A stretch of 64,000 nucleotides of DNA from Azolla caroliniana (taxonomy: Eukaryota > Plantae > Polypodiophyta): NCBI GenBank assembly GCA_043228905.1, contig JBHGNT010000005.1:24614001-24678000 (forward strand), written 5' to 3'. Shown piece by piece: positions 10,029 to 24,559 of this stretch. Numbering within the stretch: the first letter of the stretch is position 1; each line of letters begins with the position of its first letter. Under the pieces are notes generated by a model. That model did not search any database, was not told the origin of the DNA, and saw nothing but the letters and a program-made list of their open reading frames with translations. The translations under genes and the position numbers were made by a program.

Positions 10029-13000
10029 AAGTAATGTTATATTCCAATAGCAACGGTTACAAAAATGACAACCAACCTTTTCTAAAGGTTACAAAGTCAC
10101 TTTATATAGGGACTGTCCTAGGGCAACTGCCCTTTATGCTATTTACAGAAATAGCCCAAACTTGGGCTATCCAAAGGGACAATGTGAGTACGGCCATTAT
10201 ACACTCATATTCGACACTCCCCCGTAATGGGCGTATACATGGGTTATCTAAAAAATTACAGGTATATACAAGGTTTATCAGACAGATCGGTTTTGTTAGA
10301 GTCGGCAAGATCCGAAGACAGAAGACCGAACCGGTCAGGTCGGAAGAGCTAAAGTCGATCCTCAAAGAACCAATGTCGGTGGTCTGAAACCATCCTGTGT
10401 TGTGTGTTTGACTTTAACCGGACCGATTTTTCGTTACGCCCATCTGGTGCCGAAGGGACCGGAAATGATCCGCCGAAAGACACTTGGTCATTCCATCTGC
10501 GACATTATCGGTTGTGGATATCTTCTCGAGACCAATTTTCCCTAAAATGACGCAGTCCTGAACGAAGTGATATCGAACGTCGATATGCTTGGAGGCGTTG
10601 TGGTGAACCGGATTTTTTGACAAAGCAACAGCACCTTGACTGTCGATGTAGACAACTGGAGCCGAGTCGGAGTCGACCTGTCGAAACGTGTGCGCTAGCC
10701 GACTGAGCCATAAAGCTTCTTTTGCCGCATCGGACGCAGCTACATATTCTGCTTCGGTCGTTGAGGTGATTGTGCACTCCTAAAGTTTCGACTTCCACGA
10801 GATTGCTCCATTGTCGAATTTGAAACAGTATCCGGTTGTTGATTTCCGATTGTCCACCCAGCCAACGAAGCCCGAGTCGGTGTAACCAACTATGCCTGAG
10901 GTTAAGTTCGGACCGAAAAGAATGTCGTGGTCTTTTGTGCCAGCTAGATATTTGAACACATGCTTGACTATGTTCCAGTGCGATCAGTCGGGGTTGTGCA
11001 TGAATCTGCTAACAACTCCTACGATGTGAGAAATATCAGGCCGTGTCGCGACCATCGTTTACATAAGGGAGCCGATTGCTGGTGCATACGGTACCGATTT
11101 CATATCTTCCCCCTCCGGACTGGATGTCGAGCAGTCTCGCTGAGACAGCTGAAGGTTAATGGAGAGTGGGGTCGAAGTAGACTTGGCCGATTGCATGTTG
11201 AAGCGTTCCAAGACATGTCCAATATAGTCGGTTTGAGACAAGAAAAGTTGTCATTTATCGCGAAGCCGACTGATCCTCATACCAAGTATGTGTCTTGCCA
11301 GACCGAGGTCCTTCATGGCAAACTTCAACCGCAGTTTCCGAACGAGTTCAGTGAGCTATCCGGCATGTCGACCGGAGAGTAGCATGTTGTCCACGTAGAT
11401 GATGAGGAAGACAGGAGACCCGTCTTGAGCTGTTTTGGTGAAGAGACAATGGTCCTCATCGCTCTTTGAGAAGCAGACCGACTGGATGAAGTCGTCGAAC
11501 TTCTTGTACCACTATTGGGGTGCCTGTTTCAGGCAGTAGAGACTCTTCTTGAGTTGGCAGACTAGATGTTCCTGGCCAGATGCTACAAAGCCTTTCAGCT
11601 GCTCCATATAGATTTCCTCTTGTAGGTCACCATGGAGGAATGTCGTTTTTACATCTAGCTGAATCAGCTCCAAGTTGTCAGCGGCCATGACGCCGAGCAT
11701 GAAAAGAAGGGTCGTCATTTTCACCATTAGTGAAAAGATTTCGTCGAAGTCGACGCCATATTCTTGTCTAAATCCCTTCGCAACTAATCTGGCCTTGTAC
11801 TTTGGGTTGGTCAAGTCGGACGTCTCTTTTAGTCGATAGACCCACTTACATGGAAGAGCACGTCGAGTCTTCAGTAATTCGACCAAGTCCCAAGTCTTGT
11901 TTGCCCGAATGGAGTGCATTTCCGACTCCATCCCAAATGCCATGTGGCTGAATCGGCAGATGCCGATGCTTCTTCGTAAGGCGTCGGTTCGCCGGCGTCG
12001 GTAAAGAAAATTCTGGGAGAGTACCTCTTCGGAGGTTGCAATAGTCTCTCATATCTACGAGGTATGATTGGACTAGTCACACCGTGTTACGGGCATGACC
12101 ATATATTATCCCGTGGTGAGAATTTACTGTAGTATTCTATACACGTGGATAAGTGTGAGGGACTAGTCGCATCGTGTTACAGGCATGACCATATAATATC
12201 CCGCGGTGAGAATTTACCATAGTATTCTATACACGTGGATATTATATGGTCATGCTCGTAACACACTGGGTGTTGATATCGGATGGTCGGGAGCCGAGCA
12301 ATTCGGTTGTGCCAAATCGGTGGATTCGGTGTGAGAGTTGTCGGTTACCCATGAAACCGATCTCGTGTCGTGAAATGGATTTTCATTCTCAATCGGGTCT
12401 ATTTGACCCTTGACTATGAGATTGTCCTGCATTTGTTCCTTCCAGAAGTTGAAGTTCGAACCGTCGAACCTCCTTAGACTCATCTCCGATGAGCCGGATG
12501 TTGATGCCATCTAATTCGGTTTCAATTGGTAAGACTCGGTTCGGAGTTGACTGCGAACCTTGCTGGGGTGCAGTCGGTCAGCTCACCCGATATCGTTCTA
12601 GTCGGTTTTGAACCCGAGTTGGTTCGGTTTCGGATATTTATTTGTTGAACTTGCTCGGAGTGACTCTGGTAACTTGAGGGACAGAACCGGTTGGTCTTCC
12701 CGAATGTTGCCGAGTCGAAGTGAGCTCAGTTAGCTTCCGATCGTATGCCGAATACTGATTACACGAAACCGATTGTTTGGGCCGATTCTGCTTCGAATGA
12801 CTACAACGATGAGAGTGACGGATCCAACTGATCCTCCCGAATGTCGATCAGTTGAGTGAAGCACAAATTTGGTTGTTGCATGGAGACCAATCTACAACGG
12901 GTGGTTACAACAAGCGGGTGAATAGTGTCTGGTGACCTATTCGGATGTTGTTTAACCGAATGAAGCACGATTGGGTCGGTTGTTGCACAAGGAGCTCCCC

Positions 13001-13488
13001 TCAAGCGGTTACAATCACAGGAACAGAGTACAGCCGGCTGGCTTACTCCAATTTGTGATTTAACACAGTGAGATGCAAGCTTTTTGTTTTTCTTCTCCTT
13101 TCTCTGTTCTTCAAAGAAAATGAAAAACAGAATGTTGTGTGGTGTACTATGACGGCCGGTAGCGGGTTGAAGAACCTCCAACGCTCTGATACCAAATGTT
13201 GGGGACAAGGCCGTCAATGCGGAAGTGCAAGCGACATTCGTGATGAAGAAGAACCTGTGTATGCACATGAGCAAGATAGACAGAGAGAGAGAGAGAGAGA
13301 AAGTAATGTTATATTTCAATAGCAACTGTTACAAAAATGACAACCAACCTTTTCTAAGGGTTACAAAGTCACTTTATATAGTGACTGTCCTAGGGCAATT
13401 GCCCTTTATGCTATTTACAGAAATAGCCCAAACTTGGGTTGTCCAAAGGGGCAATGTGAATACGGCCATTATACACTTGTATTTGACA
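9903..13488 (-). mobile_element. Internally deleted Copia retrotransposon (LTRs 9903-10216 and 13197-13488)
   Basis: Paired LTRs, TSD CTACA/CTGCA, tRNA-iMet PBS (TGGTATCAGAGC) and PPT GGGGGAG. Contains gag N-terminus (RFDGSNFNFWK), RT (KARLVAKG, QLDVKT, YVDN) and RNase H (KHIDVRYHFV). Protease and integrase are missing. Confidence 0.93.
12071..12268. repeat. Small insertion of two 90-bp tandem units plus an inverted partial unit, with Helitron-like ends
   Basis: Units start gactagtc at 12071 and 12161. On the minus strand each ends with a CCGT-AAC-ACGG-type hairpin followed by CTAG|T. Positions 12239-12264 are the reverse complement of part of the unit. Confidence 0.6.
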
Positions 13489-16400
13489 CTGCAGGGAGAG
13501 CCACCCCCGCAGGTCCACACCTCCACTTCATCAACCTCTCCCGTCTGTACCACGATCGTGTCCTCCTCGACTCCGGCAACAACATCTCTTCCATTAGCAC
13601 AGATTTAGTAGCCCAGCTACAACTTCCCACGAGCCACGCACCACCCATTAAAATCCTCTTCGGCGACCAATAGCAATTGTACCACTCACATACACAAATC
13701 ACGTGCATGCTCACCATCAGTTCCGCCTAAATCTAGCTTCGTTTCTATGTCCTCTCGCGACAGCTGTTCCCAATCACTCTGGGTTGTGATTGGTTCCTCA
13801 GTAGTCGGGCTCGCCTTGATTTCTCCTCGCAACAGCTTGTCCTCCCCAATCATCTTCTGATCGCACTTTTCACCAACCTGTGAGATACCACCCACATCAG
13901 CAACGCATAGTTCTTGGTATCACCGACATAACGCATCCACGACATCCGACGACTCCTATGTACCTTTCCCTCGTTGTCTACATCACCTGCATAGCCTCCC
14001 TCGGTTCGCTTTCCGATCCACCACACGATCCCTACATGCAACACCCACCCCATCAACGTAGCCCCCTGACATCGCTCCGTTGTCGACCACGAGCGCATCA
14101 ACAACGCCGTCCAAACTATGCTACAACAAGGAATCATCACACCCTCCAAGAGTAGAGTGGATCTCGGAGCCACACATGGTAAAAAACAGGGGACGGATCT
14201 TACCGTTTCTATGTCGACTTCTGACAACTAAACCACGTCACCACCCATGACTGATATCCTCTCCCTCGTATCGACGACCTCCTCGACTAGCGCGGCAAAT
14301 CAAAGTACTTCTCCTCTCTCGATGTGGCCTTGGGATACTAGCAGATCCCCATGAACCCTGAAGACGCCCACAAAACTGCATTCCACACCAGGAAAGGCAT
14401 TTTTCAGTTCACACGTATGCCCTTTGGCCTATCCAACGTTGGGAGCACATTCCAGTGAATGGCTAACGCCATCTTCGACGATCTTATCACCCATCGCGTC
14501 GTCATCATCTATCTAGACAATATTTTGATACATACAAGCACCTAGACAGAACACCGCCAAGTCCTTTAGGAGGTCCTAACTTGTGTTCAACGCTATCGAT
14601 TGCAGTTGCAATGGAAGAAGTGTTGTTGGGATAGTACGCATCTCCGCTTCCTCGAGTACATCATCTCCTCTGACGGAATACAAATGGACCTAGAGAAGAC
14701 AGAAGTAGTCCCAAAATTCCTACACCTCGCCACAGTCAAGCAGCTTCAACATTTCCTCGGCCTCCTCACGTTCTCTCTCCGCTTCATCCCATGGTTAGCC
14801 GACATGTTCACCCCATTGCGCGCTCCTGCAAAAAGACACACCTTCTCTATGGCCCGACGCCTACAAATCCAGCTTCCTATAGCTCAAGAGAACGCTCCAA
14901 GCCTCCGACCTATTGGCACACCCCAATTTCACGAAGCCTTTCCATCTGTAAACAGATGCCTCCAACGTTGGCCTCGATGCGGGCCTGCTACAATCCGACG
15001 ACAATGACCAACTAGGCCTGATTGCCTACACAAGTCGATCACTTACCAGAGTCGGGCAGAATTACTCGACAACCGAAAAAGAGTTGCTCGTCATCATTTG
15101 GGCATTCCATCATTTCCACCCGTACCTGCACGGCTCAAACACATCAGTCGAAACCGACCATCAGCCATTGCTCTCCCTCATACGAAAGGCTCACCCACCC
15201 GGTTGCTTACTCTGTTGGGCTTTGGCGTTGCAGGATTACACGTTCACTCTGCAGTATCGTCGCGGTCCCAGAACATTATCGCCAAAGGATTATCCTGCAT
15301 ATCACTTCAAGTGAACCAAGTCACCTCCTGCACAACAGATTTCCCTATGTCCTCATCCCAGATGGCCATCATGCAGCAACACGACAAAAAAACCTAGGAC
15401 ATCTGCCACTGCCTATGAGTCGAGCCCACATCATCCCTCACTAAGCAATTCATGATCGAGGATAATGTCCTGCTTTTTTTCCATGAAGGCAAGGAACCCC
15501 GGGTCTACGTGCATGAGCAACTGCGCATGTCTTACCTTCATTTCTTCCACGACCACCCATTGTCCAGCCACCTGGGTTTCCACAAGGTGCTAGACAAAAT
15601 CCGTTGAAGATTCTACTGGTTGGGGCTACACCACGAGGTTGCCTCCTTCATCAAAGCATGTAACTCATGTCAGGCCATCAAATCACCTCAAGTGGCTCAA
15701 GGCCTCTTACATTTGATACAAGTTCAGACTCCATTTAAAATCTTCAGATGGGACATTTTGGGCCCCTTCCCCGAATCACAAGGGAACAAGTTCATCCTCG
15801 TAATAACCAAGCACTTAACACATTGGGCTAAGTTGGCCACTATCCCAGATGCGAAGGCTACGACCATCGCCACCAAATTGCTGGAGAAAATGATCTTTCC
15901 CCACGGCAGCCCACTCCAAATCTTGTCCGATCGGGACCCCAATTCAACATCATGCTCTTACATCTCATTTCTACACAATTAGGAATCCCACAATTATTTA
16001 CGTCAGCCTACCATCCGCAGACGAATGGATTGTGAAGCGCCTCAACCGAACCTTAAAGTAACAAATCTTGGCCTACATCAATCCTCTGCACTCGACCTAG
16101 GACCAAATCTTGCCTTTCGTTACACATGCATACAACACAGTTGTGCAGGCCTCCACCCACATTAGCCCCCTCCGAGCCCTCTACGGTAGAGACCCGGGCT
16201 TACCCCCAGAAGTGGCAGTCCCCCAACCGACCACGCCACTCCACTCTGACGCAGTGTCCTGGTGGTCCCACATGTAACAACTCCAACCCCTCCTTCACAA
16301 AGCCATCGTGAGCAACCTACACCAAGCACAGCTACGTAAAAAATGCCAACACGACACAAGTCGCACCGACCATCAATACCACGTCGGTGACAAAGTCCTC

Positions 16401-16850
16401 GTCTATTTCCCCATCTGTCGTCGCGGCCTGAGCAAGTCACTCATGCACCGATGGATCGGTCCCTTCGAAGTTCAAAAGCAGATACGTAGCACTACATACC
16501 TGTTCCGTTGCGCCTCCAACAACCGCTCCAACTTCGCCCACCAGTCCCGCATGAAACCCTTCCATCAGCTACCACCGCCCATGTCCATGCACGTACCATC
16601 CCTCAACCCAGAACCGTCGTCCACGCCCAACAACTTTTTTTTTTACAAGGGGGAACTGTGATATTGCCATGAACCTTAACCAAGGTCCCACCTAACTAGG
16701 GTCACATTGACCACACCCAAATTAGGGCTCGGCCAACTCCCCACAATTAGCGCAACTCAGCATAATTAGTGCAACTCCCCATAACCAATTGGAGCAGGAA
16801 AACACTCGCCATGCTAAGAGTAGTACCTAAAAGATGTAACTTGAACTTAA
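13489..16850 (+). mobile_element. Degenerate Ty3/Gypsy pol (PR-RT-RH-INT) with PPT and start of 3' LTR
   Basis: VLLDSG protease, RT remnants (RMPFGL, IYLDN), RNase H (VETDHQPL), integrase (DILGPFP, SDR) and RWIGPF. PPT AAGGGGGAAC is followed by TG at 16657. Many stops; right boundary approximate. Confidence 0.88.
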
Positions 16851-18489
16851 TGGAAAGGGGCAATTTTCAGAGCACTTCATAATATAATTATTTTCTCCAT
16901 TATTTTATTTATTTATAGATTTAGATATCTCTTTATTTTATTTATTTATAGATTTATTTGTCTTATGTTGTTGTTACTCATACCCAATTCATTAATTCTA
17001 ACATTAGAATTTGTAGTGACATCTAAAACCTCTTATGTGATGGCCTAAATAAATTTGTTTCTCTAGTACTAAATGGTATGGGAATAGCAATTACGTTACG
17101 TTCCATTTTTTTCGTGAGTGGATACCATGGGGTCATACGGTTTTAGCAATGATTGCATTTGTTTTTAGAATCGTTAACTGTAAATGAGGGTTTAAAAACA
17201 AGTTGGTAATGATGCTTTCCATGGTGTAAAAAGAAGTTTGTGGGATCTGTAGGTATTGTTGTTTGATGCTTTTGTGATACAGTTGTATTATTTGTTTTCC
17301 TAATGATATGTAACGAATGATTCGAATACATGTTGAATACCTTTGCCTTATTGTGGATGCTTACACACACACACACACACAGGCATTTGCACAACATGTT
17401 CTAACATGTAAAGCTTTTGAGGAGTCTCCTGGTTGAGAGATGGTGACGTACGTTATTTTATTGTGTATAATTCTAGCATAGAACATTTGGTCAATTTCAT
17501 TCACGTGAAAGCAATTCAAGAGTCGTTCCAAAGCAAAAGAATAATGAACGCAATGGCTTAGGGAAAGGATTGAATGTTAGGTTGGGAATTGTATTCAATA
17601 TCCAAAGATGAACACAATGTTATGCATTAATCAATTAAACACTTGATTTCCATGGTCACTAAGTCTTTAATAGCATTTTGGGAATTGAAGGCTAATGAAG
17701 GCACATACCAAATTGGGTCTCTTTTTGGCCTTCATATGTTCCACAAGAATTTGAGAGATGTTAACAACAATGAGCATCAGACACAAGAAAAATCCCAAGT
17801 GGTGAGGTCAAAGTCACAAAACAATTAATGAGCAATGGGAAGTGGAGTTGTCTTTGTATTTGTTTATACCTCTAAACTTGAAATTTGTGTGATGAAGACA
17901 ATGTGCTCCATAACACTTCAAATGATATTTTGTGGCCAACAACCAAACAAGTTACGAGTCATGACATACCTTATGTCTAAACAAAGCTTTAACTCAAAGA
18001 CACATTGTACACAAGTGTGAATGACCAAGTCAAATGAAAGTTTGTGATGGAGGAAATAAGTGGAGGTTACAATCGACTATTGGGGGATCAACTCTCACTT
18101 TTTCCATGGTACAATAGTGAAGTAAAGAACAAGCATGTATTTAGCATTTCCCGTTGTCATCTAGATAATATGCATAACTTCATTTTGATCATTGTGGAAA
18201 GCATATTTGTATAAAGTGCCTTTTTCCATCCTTCCTGAAGTGTTGAAGGCCACATAAGGATTACATAATAGTTGAAGCATTTAGATAAGTTGAATGTGCA
18301 ATGTCTTGATGAGGCATTTGTCTTTTCTCTATCAGATATCTATTAATCTCAACTTCCACATCATTTATATGAGGAGAAGAAGGCATGGAAGGATCATATT
18401 CATGTACTAATTTGTATATTTCGGAGGTTGATGCTTCTCTCTCTCTCTCTCTCTCTCTTGGTGAAAACACACAATTATATTAATAAATG

Positions 18490-21400
18490 TGTGTGAAAAA
18501 CACTACTTACAATACGTGTGACAATGGAGTATGGTCACACACTAACCACACTACACTACATGGGTAGTGGAACATGTTGAATTGCCAATAGGCAAAACGA
18601 ACACTCCACCGAGGAAAGAATTTCCACTTGTTCCAATAAAGAAAATTGTCACATTAGTACTCCCTTCAACTTTCGTAGATATGCTTTCACTCCATGTCTA
18701 CCATCGAATACAAAAGTGTTGCGCATGTTCCAATTATGACGCAATCCCCAATATCTCAGAAATAGGAAAACAATCTCCATCTCTAATTTTGGGTCAGCTT
18801 GTGTAAAATGTGCAAACACCCATTGTCTAGGTGTCAAATAACTATTTGAGAAATGTAACTCCAAATTTGGCAAGCAATTGGACATTGTATAAATCGATGA
18901 GTACTATCTTCTATCTGAACTGTGCAAAAGAAGCAGGTACCCGTTGCTAGTCCACTACGCTTTAAAGCTAATCCCAAAGGCAATCCTCCGATCAAAACTC
19001 TCCAAATGAATACCTTTGCAACAAGTGGCAATTTAGAATGCCAACTACGTTGTAAGATCTGCCACCATCCATGATCAGATTTGTGTATTTTCCATTCTTC
19101 TTCAGCCTTAGATGATAACCATCCAAGAGACTCAACGGAACAATGATACAAAAGATTAGTAGTCACTTGTAACAATGGTGTTTGACCCCTTAAACTCCAA
19201 TCAATACACGGTTGTTCTCCTGTTTGTAGAGGTAAGGGACCTTGCATCAATGCAATATTCTGTAGTTGTTGCCAAATAAACCCATAATTAGGCGGGATGC
19301 GTAATAATTTTCGTGCTTCAATAAACTCCAAAATTCTTTGAGATGGAACCTCAACTATATCTCCCACCTCTTTGACCCCCAAACAAAACAAACGATTAAA
19401 TTGAGAACGCAATCTCTCCTTTACTAGCCAACATAATAACCGAGAAGACACAAGTAACTCTTTTTGCAAAGAGTTACAATGCTCTCTACTAGATGATGGT
19501 TTCCATACACATAACAAGAGTGCTTCTTGCCATGAGGTAACTAAGTGTTGAACACATGAAGAACCCGGAATCCTAAGTGAAATACATCCATTCCATAATT
19601 GCCACCATGAAGCCTTAATCGTTGTCCTCCCATGTGTTAAACCCTTGTTCTCAATGAAATATCGAACAATAGATATCCATGGTTGTGAGTTTGAACACAT
19701 GTCTTGTAATAATGAAAATCTACGAGCTATCATATGCATAGATAAGTTCAATATTCCAACCCCCCCCAATCGCTTAGGGGTTGCTAGATGATTCCAAGCA
19801 ATCCATGTGATTCCCATCTTATCCTTCTTCTTCCACAACAAATATCGAAGAGGTTGCAAAACAGAATTCAACGCCTTCTTTGTCCATGGCAATAATGGCA
19901 AGTAATATAATATCACGGGTTCCATAATACATTGTACAACCTTCAAGCGAACATGAAATGGCCAAGATTGTGACTTCCAATACATGAACTTATCCCTCAA
20001 CTTACTAGACATCCATTCAATCAATTGACCATTTGTAACATTCATTCCTAATGGATAGCCCAAGTGTCAAAAAATAGAGCCTTTCTTCACCACGAATCCT
20101 TGTCATCCTAAACATTCCAAATCCCTTTCAGTGCATGATATGAGACTAGACTTCCTCCAATTAATATGTAATCCAGAAGACAATGCAAATTGATTCCATA
20201 CAAGCATCCCCTTCTCAAGATTCTCCCGTGAGGCTTGTAAAAACATGAAAGAATCATCCGCCAAAGCTTGTGCTACTATTTGCCCTCCGGACGGAAGGTG
20301 TAAACCCACAATGTCACCATTTATTGCAAGTCTTGATAGCATCACTAACAAAGGATGAGTAACAATAGCAAACAACAATGGGCTAAGAGGGCATCCTTGA
20401 CGAACGGATCTCGTGAGGGCAATATCTGATGTAACTCCGCCATTAAGCATTACTCGAGACACTACATCTTGTCCTAATAAAAATATGAGGCGAGACATAC
20501 GAGGTCCAAAGCCCATTGTATGCATTAACCCAGAAACAAAAGACCAATTAACATGATCATAAGCATTCTCCAAATCTAATTGCACCATAATCAATTCTTG
20601 ATGAGTGTTCCGAGCATAATCCATGGCCATTTGAACATTCAACACATTATGCAATATATTTCTACCTGCAATAAAACCATATTGGGCGGGGTGTATCAAC
20701 TTTGGCAAATACTTGTGTAATCTATTTGCCAAGACCTTCGTAAATATCTTGTACAACCCCCCCATCAAAGAAATAGGTCTCCATTGATGAAATGACTCAG
20801 GAGATGCCACCTTTGGAACTAGTTTAATTAGACCAATCTTCCAAGCTTGATGCATACAACCAGAATCCAAGATTGTTGAAACATCAAAGTCAAGGGCCTC
20901 TTTAAAATGTTGGAATATCTCTAAAAAACTTCATTTGTCAAGCCATCCCAACCAGGGCTCTTACCACTAGGAAGATGCCTTAAAACTACATCCACCTCAT
21001 CCTCAGTGAAATCCGCATCCAATTCATGACTAATGAGATCATGCACAATACATCCAACCACATCATAGAACTCATGACGTGCTCTACTCACCTCATCTGT
21101 CATTAACAATTGTGGACCAATCAACTCCTTAAAGTAATGAAGACATATGTCAATTATTGTTGTAGGATCCACTATCAATTCATCCCCTTGCTTCACATGT
21201 ACCACATTAGATCGAGCATAAGTAGGATGTAATGCTTGGAAAAACAAATGAGATTGACATTGATTATCAATGAGTCCTTCCCTGAGTTGTCGCATCTTAG
21301 CATAACGATAACTTTGGCATTGCAACTGAGAAATAATAACATGCAATTGACTCTGAATATCCAAAAGCTCCTCATCTAATGGTGTATGTATCAATAATGC

Positions 21401-21762
21401 AGTACACCAAGAGAGAACTTGTGAGAATTGTCGAATAAGACCTCTTCTTCGTTGAGCATTGGTTACTCCATACATACGATGAATGATGTTGATGTTTCGT
21501 AATGTGATATCCCATGCTTTAACTCCTTTAAGATTCACTTGTTGAGAAAAATTTACCAAAATTTGCTCCATGAGAGAATCAAAGTGAGGTTGAAGCAAAA
21601 GAGAAGAGTTAAAGCGTAGTGGAGGCTTTCCAAGTAAAGATTTATACATGTCAATTGCATGATTACACACCTCCAAGCAAATAGGAAAGTGATCTGAAGT
21701 TCCAACATCTTGTAGAACGTTCATACGAAGTGATGTCGGTAAAAAAGAATCATCATGCATTA
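18490..21762 (-). mobile_element. 5'-truncated L1-clade LINE (end of EN, RT, zf-RVT)
   Basis: GTSDHFPI, WRPISL, VRQGCPLSPLLF, ALADD and CFFC...HRFIQC motifs in ORFs 20921-21760, 20103-20870 and 18834-20063. Confidence 0.92.
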
Positions 21763-24466
21763 ATGTTGATTACGCATTAATGTTGGCATGTGATCTATCA
21801 TTGGTGAATGTGTTTAAAGTTGGTTCTCTATCTCCGGACTCAGACCACAAGCCATTGTACCTAGAGCTTGCAATTCCACATTTCACCAATAGATGCCATG
21901 GAGTGAAAGATGAAAAAAGATGTATCATCCGACCTTGCTACAAAAAAGCTAGGATGTATGCAAATGAAGTGGAGAACCATTTGTTAAATTTTTCTCTAAG
22001 CAACGATGTTAAAGAAAATTGGCAACATTTGAAGGATATCATCCTTAAGGTTGGGTATCGATACTTTAATAGGCATGTGGGTGGGGATAAGACGTGTAGT
22101 TTTCCATGTAATTATTGGTCCGACGATGAATGTAAGATGTATCTCAAATGGTTTAAGTCCATAGAGGAGGAAAATGAAAAGATTGTTGCATTGCACCTAT
22201 ATAAGAAAGTAGTGAGGAGAAAGAAAAGACGATATTTCCAAATGCAAGAGATGAAAAAGAAAAACGTGTTTAAGCTCAAACCAAAATTAGCATGGGGACA
22301 ACTCAAGGGTAAGAAAGAAGATGTGAAAGGCCACTTTACAAATGAAGAGATGTTAAACTATGTACAAAGGCTATATATGCATGAAGGTGTGGCTCCTATG
22401 GTTGAGAAAATTGAAACACCATGCACTACATGTATCGATATTGATTATGTCAATATAAAGACGATGGCGAGTGGGAAAGCAGCGGATGCGGTGAGCTTTT
22501 AAAATGGACAATGCCACATACTCGTCATTGGATAATGACAATTATAGAGCAAGATATAAAACAAGGATTTCCAAATGATTGGCTTATGAATTGGATTAAA
22601 CCAATATTTAAAGCCCAAGATAAGAATCAAGTATCAAATTATCGTACAATAATGGTGAGCTCAATTATTGCTAAATTATATAGCACTATTATGAAGCAAA
22701 AGATAACCACATGGGCTGAAAGTACAAGCAAAAGAGCACTTGGGCAAGCAGGATTTAGACCCAAACACTCCACTGTGGATCATTTGGTCACATTGAGAGT
22801 AATCATGAAGAGAGTCGACTACAAGGAAAAACACTTTATTGTTGTTTTGTTGATTTTAAGAAAGCTTTTGATATCGTACCACAAAGTGAGCTCTGGAATA
22901 GAATGGTAGAGATTGACATACCATTAGAGTACCGAGTTGTTGTTGCACGCCTATATGAACAAGTTAAATGCCAACTAAAAATGGATAGTGGATTCTCAAA
23001 GCACTTTTTAAGTAACATAGGGGTCACGCAAGGATGTCCACTATCACCCACACTTTTTGGCTTATGTATTGATAAATTAGAAGAAGTGGTAAATAAGGTT
23101 GCAAGAGAAGAAGGATTGAATGCTCCCAAATTGATGCAACATGTTATCTTATTGCTTCTATATGCTGATGATGTGGTACTCTTCTCATATGATGTTGATA
23201 GTATGCAAAATTTACTTGGGGTATTAGAATAATTTTGTCATAGTAGTGGACTAGCAATGAATGTGGAGAAAACAAAAATGATGGCAGTGCAAACCATCCA
23301 ACCTCATCATTACCCTATGCTCACATATAGAGGTGAACATATACAATTTGTTCAAAGCTTTAAATATCTTGGTATTGATGTACCTGCCACAAATAAATGG
23401 AGTGCATTCTTTGATTTGAGGCTCCAAACCGGTTGGAAATCGTATTACCTTTTGGAGAACCAATGCAACCAAAGTGATACTTGTGGATGGGAAGTAAAAC
23501 TAATGGTGATCAATTCCATGGTAACTCAAGTATTGCTTTATGGAGTAGAAGTATGGGGTGGCACCATCTCTCTTAATGCATGGAATGAGATTGAGAAAAT
23601 TCAAAATATGTTTTTAAGGAGGCAATTAGGAGTTAAATGCACTACCTCTTACCAAGTTATGCTCTTGGAAATAGGTGCTCGGCCCATAGAACTATTGGCA
23701 CTCCAAAAAGTATATAAATACATTAAAAAAGTCAAGAATATGCCGAATCATCGATTACCACATCTTGCTTGGAATGTTGGATGTAAGCTACAAAAGAATC
23801 ATAAAAGTAAGATTCTCTCATCCGGTTGGGTTGTTGACATAAGGAAGTGGTTTAGAATATGGGGTTTGGATGATCTTTTAGATCTTTTGGGCAATGCTAT
23901 GTAGTATGTAATGATTGAGGAAAGGTTGGTGGAATCATTAAGGATGAAGTGGGAAGATGCTAAGAAGACAAAGCTAGAATACTACATTGCAAATGTCAAC
24001 CCTCAATGTTGGTCTCAATATAAAGCAAGAATGCCTATTGATCGTATCCAACCTTATCTCATTACCAATATGAGTAGTAATGCTCGTAGAGCCCTTACAC
24101 TACTTCGCACTCGATCTCACAAGTTAGGTATTGAAGTTGCATCATGGTATCCAAATGTAACTAATTTGAAGACATGCAAAGTATGCAATGAAGGCATGGT
24201 AGAGGATGAATGTCACTTGCTCTTTACATGCTCGACATATAGTGCAATTCATTCAAGATATGTTGACATACTAAGAGGGAGTGATAACTTAAGACACCAC
24301 TGAGAAGGTTGAGCTCATATGTGTATGCTTTATTCACATGTAGAGACATTGTGCTTCAATGTATGAATACCCCTTCTTAGGAAGGAGACACATATCAAGA
24401 ACACATGCATACTCTAGTCCCATAGGTCAAAATTGGTCTCTTTATGGACGATAAAAATTCTCATCT

Positions 24467-24469
<3 letters not shown>
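21763..24469 (+). mobile_element. 5'-truncated RTE/RTEX-like LINE
   Basis: SDHKPL, NYRTI, QAGFR, QGCPLSPTLF, LYADD, FKYLG and a C-terminal CKVC...EDECHLLFTC. A 3' stem-loop precedes a (TC)n tail. Clade assignment is inferred. Confidence 0.88.

Positions 24470-24556
<87 letters not shown>
24470..24556. repeat. (TC)n microsatellite forming the LINE tail
   Basis: About 43 TC units read directly. Confidence 0.97.

Positions 24557-24559
<3 letters not shown>

Noticed and set aside
17000-18470. Possible DNA-transposase remnant (EVEINRYL...)
   Set aside because: No continuous frame or diagnostic motif could be recognised.
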